DNA of 13,348 nucleotides, taken from the IMG/VR virus record IMGVR_UViG_2565956618_000002; one strand, 5' to 3'. The translations under genes were made by a program, and so were the position numbers. The stretch is from a virus (lineage: Duplodnaviria; Heunggongvirae; Uroviricota; Caudoviricetes). How positions within the stretch are numbered: position 1 is the stretch's first letter; every line of letters starts with the position of its first letter. Positions 1 to 7,128 of the stretch are shown here, in pieces. Under the pieces are notes generated by a model. The model saw nothing but the letters and a program-made list of their open reading frames with translations. It ran no database searches and was not told the DNA's origin.

Positions 1-547
1 CGCACTCATCACCGCGATAGGTCCAGGTGCAGGTGTTGGCCAGCATGATACGTCCCGGAAAAACAGCGCCGTCCGTTTCCGTCGGCGTGGACAGTACAAA
101 AGAGGCACTCACCGCGCTCAGTTCGCTGCACTGCTCAATGCGCCAGCGGCTGATCACCTCCTGCTCCGGATCGGCGTCGCTGTTTCCGTTGACGAAGTTC
201 ACCGCATCCAGAAAACGGGCGTAAACCTTACGCCTGACCACCGTTCCGCCGACCAGACTCTGCAGATCTTCCACCATCCCGGTGACCATACCGTACAGGT
301 TAGAAACCGTCAGTGTCGGACGGGCAGCACTGCCCTTGCCGTTCAGTTCAAATCCCGTCCCCTGAATGGGGTATACCTGATACTGCCGCCCCTGCCAGAT
401 AACCGGCTCACCTTTTTCGTTCTGCTCATTACAGAAAAAATAACGTTCACCACCGACCTCTGTCAGATCGATTTCCCAGAGCACCACCTGGGCTGACTGA
501 GTGAGGCGTGTCGTCTCATGATGTGTTTCCTGTGGAATATCCTGCAT
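1..547 (-). CDS. L: Minor tail protein L (tail tip assembly), N-terminal part only; gene continues past the window start
   Basis: ATG at 547..545 preceded by AGGAGG. Manual translation gives MQDIPQETHHETTRLTQSAQVVLWEIDLTEVGGERYFFCNEQNEKGEP..., near-identical to lambda gpL as recalled. Follows M as in lambda. The ORF track misses it because there is no stop inside the window. Confidence 0.9.
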   Translation of the reverse strand, partial: MQDIPQETHHETTRLTQSAQVVLWEIDLTEVGGERYFFCNEQNEKGEPVIWQGRQYQVYPIQGTGFELNGKGSAARPTLTVSNLYGMVTGMVEDLQSLVGGTVVRRKVYARFLDAVNFVNGNSDADPEQEVISRWRIEQCSELSAVSASFVLSTPTETDGAVFPGRIMLANTCTWTYRGDEC

Positions 548-556
548 CAGAGCCTC

Positions 557-886
557 CTATGCCACGACCTGTTCAAAATCTGCCGTTATGGTTACCCACA
601 GCGCCCCCACGCTTGCCGACCATTTACGACAAACCACCCTGATCGGTTTCCAGTCATAAGGTGGCGTCCACTGAAATGCACGGACGCCACCGTGCCGTTC
701 CAGAAAGGCTTTTAAAGATGGGTGGTCACATTTACGAACACGTATCGTCACGCTGTAAGTCGACAACTGGTTATTCAGTCCCGCCGCACGACGCTGTTCA
801 TAACCATCGCCCAGCTTCACTGTCACCACTTTCGGCTCTGATACCACATTCATATCCGGGCGCACTTTCCAGTGAAACGTCTCCAT
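557..886 (-). CDS. M: Minor tail protein M
   Basis: 109-aa ORF (METFHWKVRPDMNVV...WTPPYDW...FEQVVA), same length as lambda gpM and clearly homologous. Its ATG overlaps the H stop codon (TAATG). Confidence 0.92.
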   Translation of the reverse strand: METFHWKVRPDMNVVSEPKVVTVKLGDGYEQRRAAGLNNQLSTYSVTIRVRKCDHPSLKAFLERHGGVRAFQWTPPYDWKPIRVVCRKWSASVGALWVTITADFEQVVA

Positions 887-3800
887 TACCGATATGCTCC
901 ACTTAACCGACCACCATCACGGGCCTGCTGTTGCATAAAGTCCGCTGCCGCTTTTTTCCCGAGGTCATAAACCGCCTTCAGGGCAGCCGGACCTATCTGC
1001 CCGTTCGTGCCATCGTTATTGATCTCGATGTTGTACTGCGGGGCAAACATCGCCATACCTGAACCACCAATATCCGCCACAACCCCCAGCTTACCGTCAG
1101 CACCACGACGCAGTGGCAGAATGGCTTCAGGTCCCGCTTCCCCCATCACACCCGCGCCTTTTGCAAAAGCAAAAAACGTCGGACGGTTAACCACCGTGCC
1201 ACTGTAACGACTCAAATCAGCAGACTGATAAATCCCCCCATTGGCATTCAGGGAAAGGCTGCTGAGATCAAATCCCAGTACACTGCCAATCCCTTTTATC
1301 GATTTCATCATGGTTGCCTGCGCCAGGATTTTCGCCATATCTGACAGCACAGAAGAGGTGAAGGATTTGAAATTGAGTTTGCCGGTAGTGACAAAAGTTG
1401 CCAGGCCATTTCCCATGTTGCTGAAGGCTGACGAGAACACCTGTTCTGCTGTTCCTGCCGTATTATCTGCATCCACGGTAAAATTCTGAAATGCACGCAG
1501 GACTCCGTTTTTCCAGTTACCCTGCACAACTTCAAGCTGTTGCCAGTAACGGCGATTCTCATTCAGTTGTCGGTTCAGGCTCTCCGTCAGCGCCTGCTCG
1601 GCCTTTCTGTAGTCATCCGTGTTATATGTTCCTTTCTGCTCACTATCCCGCCTCAACTGCTCCAGCTGTTGCTGGTATTTCTGGCGAAGACTCAGTTGTA
1701 CCTGATATCGCTGCCGCTGCTGATCACCCATACCCACCGTGGCGATATCCAGGTCATGTTGCTGACGCTGAGCGCGCTCTTCTTCAGCCAGTTGACTGGT
1801 CAGCTGAATTGTTTTTTTCTTCAGCTCGTTGAGTGCCGTCTGTTTCTGAAGCTCCTGCTGTTTTACATCCAGCAGCGTCAGTGCCTGAATCAGTTCATCT
1901 TTACGGGCCAGCACACTCTTTTCATCTGCCGTCAGTTTTTTCCCGTCCAGGTCGCTGATGCGCTGCTGCAGAGCCAGAAGCTGTTTATGCGCTTCTGTCA
2001 TCCTTTCCGTGGCAATGCCTGCTGACTGTCTGGCAGCAGCAATCTGTCCTTCCACCTGTGCCTGTTGCTGACTGTACTGCAGCAATAACCGGGTGGCCTC
2101 ATCATTACGGGGTTCGCGTGTTTTTTTCTTACCGGATGCCAGGGCTTTCTCGTAACGTTCATTTTCACGTTGTATCGCCGCATCCCTGACAGCCTGATCG
2201 GCGTACTGCATGGAATTAATACGCGCAATTTCACGCTGATGTCGTGCTGCTTCCGTTTCATTCATCCGGTTCAGTGCAGCATTTTCAGCATTACGGCGTT
2301 TCTGTTGCTCCTGATAATTCTGCTCTGCCTGCTCTTTTGCATCCTGCAAATCCTTCTGGCGTTTTTTCTCCTGAAGCTCGTTAAGACGCTGCTGATCGTA
2401 CTCAACCTGAGAAGATGATGCCGTCCAGGGGAGTCTTTTCGCCCGCGACACTTTCTCCTGTAAAGCGGAAATCTGTTCATCCAGCGAGTCTTCACGACCA
2501 ATATTCATGGCCGCATCCCAGAAACGACTCCATAAATCAGACAGATACTTCAGCGTACTGCCCAGCGCATTGAGGTTATTATCAATATCCGCAGTACGCC
2601 GACCGGTTTCCTCTGCCAGTGCAGACATGGCTATCCGTGCCGCATCACTGGACCGCCCCTGTTCCCCAAGGACGCGTATCTGCTCAAGCTGAGTGGCAGT
2701 AAGAAAATGCAGCTCATTGTCCAGAGCCTTCGCGGCATTTACAGGATCATCCTTCAGCCGCTTAAACTGATTTATGGTATCGCTGACCGACTGGCCAACC
2801 GATCGCTCCATCTGTGCGGCAGCTCTCGCCACCATACCGATATCGTTTCCACGAAATGCACCACTCCCCACCACCTGAGCCAGCGCACCGGCTGCAGCAT
2901 GTTGCGTGATACCATTCCCGGAAATAGCACGACTGAGCGTCCACAGCTGCCCGGCAGTGACTCCGGCATAATGCCCCGTCAGCGACAACTGGCGGTTAAA
3001 TTCTTCCCCCTCCTTCTGACCATCATACCAGGCTTTACCCAGACCATAGACGGCCGCGGCAATACCGCCAATAACCCCGCCCAGCATCATGCCTTTCGGT
3101 GACATCAGTGTGTCTATCCATCCGGCACGGTTAGCCAGCGTTATCCCGGATCCCCTCAGCGCACCTAAATTGCCGCGAGCCAGTTCAACTATCAGAACGC
3201 CTATCTCCTGGCGGGCCGCTGCACTTTTCAGACCCAGCGAATGCGTGGCTTTTCCTGCCTGCTCCATTTTGCGGATATACACTTCTGCAGCACTGCTTAC
3301 CCCCAGCTGGGCAGCCTTAGCACGAAGCAACTCAGAAGAAGAAAGATTCTGGCGGGTTGCCTGCTCTTTAAGCTGACGGATAAACGCCACTTTCTGTCGG
3401 GTAGCCTCTTCCTCAGCCTGTGTAAGAACACGGGTTTTCGCAGTAACCTCAGAAATCAGCGCCAGATAATCCTGCTGACCAATCCCGCCACTGTTTCTGG
3501 CCTGTCGGATCTGCTGCTGAATACGCTGTAATTCCTGCAGCCCCGCACTGGCCTGTTTCACACTGTCAATCTGACGATAAAACGCAGCAGCCGCTTTATC
3601 CTGAGCCTCCGCCAGAGCCATGGCCTGCGCCTGTTCCTCGCGCATTTTCTGGCTCAGTGCCTCCATGCGCTGGCGGGTTTTCTCCACCTCGCGGGCCATG
3701 CGTTCATGAGCCTGTGCGTTCTTCTCCACCGTCTGCGCATGGACGGATGCGGCTGTTGCAGCCGAAGAAGCTGCCTGCGTTGTCTGCCGGGCGGCCTGAG

Positions 3801-3951
3801 TCTGACGCTCCATAAAACGCTGCATACGGGCAGAAGACCGTTCTGCATCGCTGGCTGCACCATTCAGAAGGTTTTTGATACGGGGAATTTCATTTTTAAA
3901 CTCTGCCGCATCAATCCCCAAATCAATGACCAGGTTGGCTATCTGGTCCAT
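886..3951 (-). CDS. H: Tail tape measure protein (lambda gpH-like), about 1021 aa
   Basis: Long ORF. N-terminus MDQIANLVIDLGIDAAEF resembles lambda H MAEPVGDLVVDLSLDAARF; C-terminus INNDGTNGQIGPAALKAVYD...RDGG closely matches the lambda H C-terminus; centre is Q/E/R/K-rich coiled coil. Start placed at ATG 3951 (GGAGG upstream); the track's 3981 start is a TTG extension. Confidence 0.9.
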   Translation of the reverse strand: MDQIANLVIDLGIDAAEFKNEIPRIKNLLNGAASDAERSSARMQRFMERQTQAARQTTQAASSAATAASVHAQTVEKNAQAHERMAREVEKTRQRMEALSQKMREEQAQAMALAEAQDKAAAAFYRQIDSVKQASAGLQELQRIQQQIRQARNSGGIGQQDYLALISEVTAKTRVLTQAEEEATRQKVAFIRQLKEQATRQNLSSSELLRAKAAQLGVSSAAEVYIRKMEQAGKATHSLGLKSAAARQEIGVLIVELARGNLGALRGSGITLANRAGWIDTLMSPKGMMLGGVIGGIAAAVYGLGKAWYDGQKEGEEFNRQLSLTGHYAGVTAGQLWTLSRAISGNGITQHAAAGALAQVVGSGAFRGNDIGMVARAAAQMERSVGQSVSDTINQFKRLKDDPVNAAKALDNELHFLTATQLEQIRVLGEQGRSSDAARIAMSALAEETGRRTADIDNNLNALGSTLKYLSDLWSRFWDAAMNIGREDSLDEQISALQEKVSRAKRLPWTASSSQVEYDQQRLNELQEKKRQKDLQDAKEQAEQNYQEQQKRRNAENAALNRMNETEAARHQREIARINSMQYADQAVRDAAIQRENERYEKALASGKKKTREPRNDEATRLLLQYSQQQAQVEGQIAAARQSAGIATERMTEAHKQLLALQQRISDLDGKKLTADEKSVLARKDELIQALTLLDVKQQELQKQTALNELKKKTIQLTSQLAEEERAQRQQHDLDIATVGMGDQQRQRYQVQLSLRQKYQQQLEQLRRDSEQKGTYNTDDYRKAEQALTESLNRQLNENRRYWQQLEVVQGNWKNGVLRAFQNFTVDADNTAGTAEQVFSSAFSNMGNGLATFVTTGKLNFKSFTSSVLSDMAKILAQATMMKSIKGIGSVLGFDLSSLSLNANGGIYQSADLSRYSGTVVNRPTFFAFAKGAGVMGEAGPEAILPLRRGADGKLGVVADIGGSGMAMFAPQYNIEINNDGTNGQIGPAALKAVYDLGKKAAADFMQQQARDGGRLSGAYR

Positions 3952-4650
3952 AACGCACACCTCCGGAAATACCTTCCCCAAGATGCATCAGTTCTTCGTC
4001 CGTTCGCTCCGGTATCCCGTTCTCTTCCGGTAAAAGGCTGAAATCAGCCACCGCAGCATCACTGCTACCGGACACCATTCTCACGATCAATGCCTTCAGC
4101 GAGGCAAACTGCGCATCCATCCACACATCACTGAAGCTCTGCATCCGGAAATAATCGCCCCACTCACCAAGCTCAGTGGCCGACATTTCCGACAGCATCC
4201 GCCGCCAGTCTGCCCGCCGGAACTCCCGGGCAAGCCGCATGACAAACTGCATTTCCCGCGTCAGGACTTTTCCGGCGTCAGCACCTCATGCTCCAAATCC
4301 CCGGCATTCTCAATGACTCCCATACCGCTCAGCGACAGAACCATCTCCGCCCCCGCTCCCAGGGCATCATACGACCATGTTGTAATAACGGATGCGCAAA
4401 GCGTCTCAACATCCTGAGACTGTTCCGCATTCCACAGTGAGCGGGAAACCAGCCAGGCATTGATATCCATCCCCATCCGCAGAAAAGCAATCTGTCGTTC
4501 AGCCTCCGGCAGTTCTCCCTCTTCGGCATCAAACTTTGCCGTTCGCTGCTGAACAAACGCCAGATATTCAATTCTCTGCAGCCCGGACAGCTCACTGAGC
4601 ACCACGGACTGCTTTTCATAATTAAACGTGCCCTGTTTCAGAAACATCAT
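3923..4650 (-). CDS. Tail assembly chaperone G-T fusion made by programmed -1 frameshift near the end of G
   Basis: The T-frame ORF (MQFVMRLAREFRR...) is open upstream through the G stop in the -1 frame. Reading GGA AAA GTC CTG ACG CGG GAA ATG CAG... joins the frames at the run GGAAAAG (plus-strand 4267..4273). Position and arrangement match lambda G/GT. Confidence 0.7.
4261..4650 (-). CDS. G: Tail assembly chaperone G
   Basis: MMFLKQGTFNYEKQSVVLSELSGLQRIEYLA... resembles lambda gpG (MFLKTESFEHNGVTVTLSELSALQRIEHLA...). ATG at 4650 with GGAG upstream; the track start at 4689 is a TTG extension. Confidence 0.85.
   Translation of the reverse strand: MMFLKQGTFNYEKQSVVLSELSGLQRIEYLAFVQQRTAKFDAEEGELPEAERQIAFLRMGMDINAWLVSRSLWNAEQSQDVETLCASVITTWSYDALGAGAEMVLSLSGMGVIENAGDLEHEVLTPEKS
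4267..4273 (-). other. Candidate -1 frameshift slippery site GGAAAAG
   Basis: Minus strand reads ACG CCG GAA AAG TCC TGA in the G frame; the T frame is GGA AAA GTC.... Lambda uses GGGAAAG at the equivalent place. Confidence 0.5.
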
Positions 4651-4662
4651 GTTCTCCACCTG

Positions 4663-4688
4663 CAAAAAAGCCCCGGATAACCGGGGCA
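4663..4688 (-). terminator. Candidate intrinsic terminator between V and G
   Basis: Minus strand reads GCCCCGG-TTAT-CCGGGGC followed by TTTTTTG: a 7-bp GC-rich stem, 4-nt loop and T-tract just after the V stop. Confidence 0.6.
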
Positions 4689-4707
4689 AATGATGAGTAT
4701 CGTCCTG

Positions 4708-5451
4708 TTAACCTGCGGCGCTGACAGCCACCGCAGCCACTGCCACAAAATCGCCGTCAGAAGTCATGCCCACAATGCTGACACTGCCCTGCTTCACGCC
4801 TTTCACCGTGGCCACAAGCCCGTTCAGGGTCACCGTGGCAGTCTGTGGATCTGTCGAATGCACACTGATCGCTTTGTCACTGGCTCCGTCAGGTTTTACT
4901 GTAAAGGTCAGCGTGGTGGTTGCTCCCACTTTTACACTGGCAGATGCCGGTGCCACCGTCAGCCCGGTAACGCTCACTGTTTCAGTGCCTTCCTCTGCCA
5001 GATACGGACGCCCCACACCGCTGATTTTCACTGTGCGGGTCATCACGTCTTTTGAGGCAATGGTTTTACCCAGTGAGCTCAGCCAGCCACGGAAAACATC
5101 AACAGTGCCGTTGGGATATTTGATACGAAACGCGCAGACTTCACCGGAGTCGAACAACTGAACCAGTTTTTTCTGCCCGCTGTCACCCGGACGCCAGGCC
5201 AGCGTCGCCGAAGTATCACCGACGGATTTCTGCCCCTGGGTTGTCGTTTTCCAGTCTGCATCTTCATCATCGAGATAAGTGTCATCTTCTGCATCAGCGG
5301 TCATTTCGCCAGGTTGCAGATCCTTCACCATCGCAAGACGCAGCCAGTCAGTGTCCGATAAAGGGTTCGCAAACGCATCGCCCTTGCCGGTGTACATCCA
5401 GAACGTCGTTCCCGCACCTTTCGTTTTTGCCAGTGGATTTGGTGTGGTCAT
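4708..5451 (-). CDS. V: Major tail protein V with C-terminal Ig-like domain
   Basis: MTTPNPLAKTKGAGTTFWMYTGKGDAFANPLSDTDW...LDDEDADW...YPNGTVDVFRGW... closely matches lambda gpV. ATG at 5451 with AGGAGGT 5 nt upstream; the track start at 5457 is GTG. Confidence 0.93.
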   Translation of the reverse strand: MTTPNPLAKTKGAGTTFWMYTGKGDAFANPLSDTDWLRLAMVKDLQPGEMTADAEDDTYLDDEDADWKTTTQGQKSVGDTSATLAWRPGDSGQKKLVQLFDSGEVCAFRIKYPNGTVDVFRGWLSSLGKTIASKDVMTRTVKISGVGRPYLAEEGTETVSVTGLTVAPASASVKVGATTTLTFTVKPDGASDKAISVHSTDPQTATVTLNGLVATVKGVKQGSVSIVGMTSDGDFVAVAAVAVSAAG

Positions 5452-5462
5452 TGCCACCTCCT

Positions 5463-5876
5463 TTAATTCGTGTACGTGATCTGGTACGTGATTTCCGCCA
5501 TCGCCCAGGTGGCCATCTCATTATCACGTTGATAGTTAAAACCGAGAGGGATCAGGGTGTCGATGAGTCCGGAAAGTGCCGGTATATCATTCAGGGCCGG
5601 GAAAATGGTGCTCTCCATCCACATATCCAGCTCTGAATCCGGTGCCTGTGCCCGGATGAAGACAGCAATATGCAGAACAGCCTGCCAGTCATCTTCATCC
5701 GTCATTTTTCCGGTGTACTGAGCATCACTCAGCCACACCGCCACGGCAGGCAGTTCCTGCGCATCAATAAATGCCGGAAGCCCGTCAAAAAACGTGGCGC
5801 TGTCTCCACACTGTTCCCGAAGGCGTGCCAGTACGGCCTGGCGGATTTGTGTATGTCGGTTCATCGGGTCAGCCAT
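5463..5876 (-). CDS. U: Tail terminator protein U
   Basis: ...ATFFDGLPAFIDAQELPAVAVWLSDAQYTG...PDSELDMWMES...DIPALSGLI...ITYQITY matches lambda gpU. ATG at 5876 (GAGG upstream); an alternative ATG at 5864 overlaps the Z stop as ATGA. Confidence 0.9.
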   Translation of the reverse strand: MADPMNRHTQIRQAVLARLREQCGDSATFFDGLPAFIDAQELPAVAVWLSDAQYTGKMTDEDDWQAVLHIAVFIRAQAPDSELDMWMESTIFPALNDIPALSGLIDTLIPLGFNYQRDNEMATWAMAEITYQITYTN

Positions 5877-6439
5877 AACCTCAGTTGTTGTTTCAGTGCA
5901 TACCCCAGCTGTTTCGGCATTTCCGCAGCAATAATGCGGTCGCGGGCATCTTCAAATGCCTGTGTCAGCGGTCCGGACAGCGGGACTTTCACCACATCAA
6001 TGGGGTAACGATTTTTGCCATCAATACGCCGCATCACATGCCAGCGACCATTCGCCAGTTGCTGAATAAACGCATCCCGGAAAAGATATTTACCCACCTT
6101 CAGCACACTGCCACGGTACTGCAGTTTTCCACCACGCCGGGCCAGTCTGACCCGGGCTGTCCCCAGCTTAATAGCGGGCAGATTGCCCCGGTTAACGCGG
6201 ATCCTGGCCGTCATTTTTCCTGACGGACTGGCTTTAAACACCCGGACACGCTGACGTACCAGTTTCAGGGGGATCCCTTTCACCTGGTTATCTCCCGCAA
6301 CGGTATTCCCGGCAACCTGCCGGGTGGCGACCGAGACCGCTTTCTGTGCCACACGGTTTATCGCCCATGCGCTGGCCTGTGGCACCATACGGGTATCAAG
6401 GCTGTTCAGATTACGGATGGCATTCTCAAGCCCCTTCAT
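5861..6439 (-). CDS. Z: Minor tail protein Z-like (tail completion)
   Basis: 192 aa, the same length as lambda gpZ, and in the lambda Z position between FII-like and U. ATG at 6439 with AGAGGTG upstream. Confidence 0.7.
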   Translation of the reverse strand: MKGLENAIRNLNSLDTRMVPQASAWAINRVAQKAVSVATRQVAGNTVAGDNQVKGIPLKLVRQRVRVFKASPSGKMTARIRVNRGNLPAIKLGTARVRLARRGGKLQYRGSVLKVGKYLFRDAFIQQLANGRWHVMRRIDGKNRYPIDVVKVPLSGPLTQAFEDARDRIIAAEMPKQLGYALKQQLRLWLTR

Positions 6440-6450
6440 CCCACACCTCT

Positions 6451-6726
6451 TTACTCAATAAAGATCATTGGCTTACCGTTAAAACGTTCATGCCGTGTGA
6501 CCGTCCATTGTTGTCCGTCATAAACAACGCGATCCCCGCGCCGTGGGCGGTATCCCGAAGAAAACACCACCAGAGAGACCGCAGGTCCGGACAGAGCATT
6601 CAGCTCTGCCAGTGTTTCTCCCGGGATCACAGTCATATCGACATCATTAATCGAGGCTGTCTTTCCCATCTTTCTAACCGTGATAGCATCCATACGCGCT
6701 GCCAGCCGGGAAAAGGGATCAGACAT
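6451..6726 (-). CDS. Head-tail joining protein (lambda FII-like)
   Basis: 91 aa. MSDPFSRLAARMDAITVRKMGKTASI... and ...RRGDRVVYDGQQWTV resemble lambda FII (MADFDNLFDAAIARADETIRGYMG..., ...RRGDTLTIGEENFWV) as recalled. Sits between head genes and Z. Confidence 0.65.
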   Translation of the reverse strand: MSDPFSRLAARMDAITVRKMGKTASINDVDMTVIPGETLAELNALSGPAVSLVVFSSGYRPRRGDRVVYDGQQWTVTRHERFNGKPMIFIE

Positions 6727-7042
6727 TGAGTTTTACCGGCACTTCTTCTGCACTGGTTCCGGCATCTGCCCAGACAACCCCGACCAGCGGATCAGAGCCG
6801 CTGTTAGTCAGCTGAACTTTTCCGGACTTCAGATAAACCTTCTTACCCGTTTTCATGTCATCCGTTTTCAGCTTAGGCAGCATAAACACACCTTCGGTCA
6901 TGCCGTCGCCTGTTTCACCCTGTGGAATATCGGTCAGCGCCACCGCAAAAACATCGCCCACCTGCACCAGATCTCCGCTGCTGATGGCTGCACTGGCAAC
7001 AATCGCCACCGTTTTTCCTTCTTCTACAAAATTCTTTGCCAT
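6719..7042 (-). CDS. Small head-associated protein (DUF2190-like), function unclear
   Basis: 108 aa from ATG 7042 (MAKNFVEEGKT...), GGAG upstream. Immediately downstream of the capsid gene, where such small proteins commonly sit in HK97-like head modules. Assignment by position and composition only. Confidence 0.55.
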   Translation of the reverse strand: MAKNFVEEGKTVAIVASAAISSGDLVQVGDVFAVALTDIPQGETGDGMTEGVFMLPKLKTDDMKTGKKVYLKSGKVQLTNSGSDPLVGVVWADAGTSAEEVPVKLNV

Positions 7043-7084
7043 AACTGTCTCCGCACAGCCCCGTTCAGGGGCTGATTTCAGGTA

Positions 7085-7106
7085 CAAAAAAAGCCCTTAC
7101 GGGCCA
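7085..7106 (-). terminator. Candidate intrinsic terminator or attenuator after the capsid gene
   Basis: Minus strand reads GCCCGTAAGGGC followed by TTTTTTTGTAC, about 25 nt after the capsid stop (7129). Short 4-bp stem, so weak. Confidence 0.45.
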
Positions 7107-7128
7107 TCAGAGTTGTTGTCTGCGACGT

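Noticed and set aside
1540-2025. Plus-strand ORF of 161 aa, and neighbours 1491..1832, 2707..3102 and 3089..3376, inside the tape measure gene
   Set aside because: Antisense to a strongly supported long minus-strand gene; low-complexity L/Q-rich translation typical of the reverse frame of a coiled-coil gene; no RBS or homology signal.
3923-4252. T as an independent 109-aa gene starting at the ATG at 4252
   Set aside because: The frame is open upstream across the G stop and a slippery run sits at the junction, so expression as a G-T frameshift fusion is more plausible. An internal start cannot be excluded.
4329-4619. Nested minus-strand ORFs in alternative frames (4329..4619 inside G; 3654..3863 inside H; 7710..8051 inside the capsid gene)
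   Set aside because: Fully embedded in better-supported genes; Arg/Cys/Trp-rich translations typical of off-frame reading.
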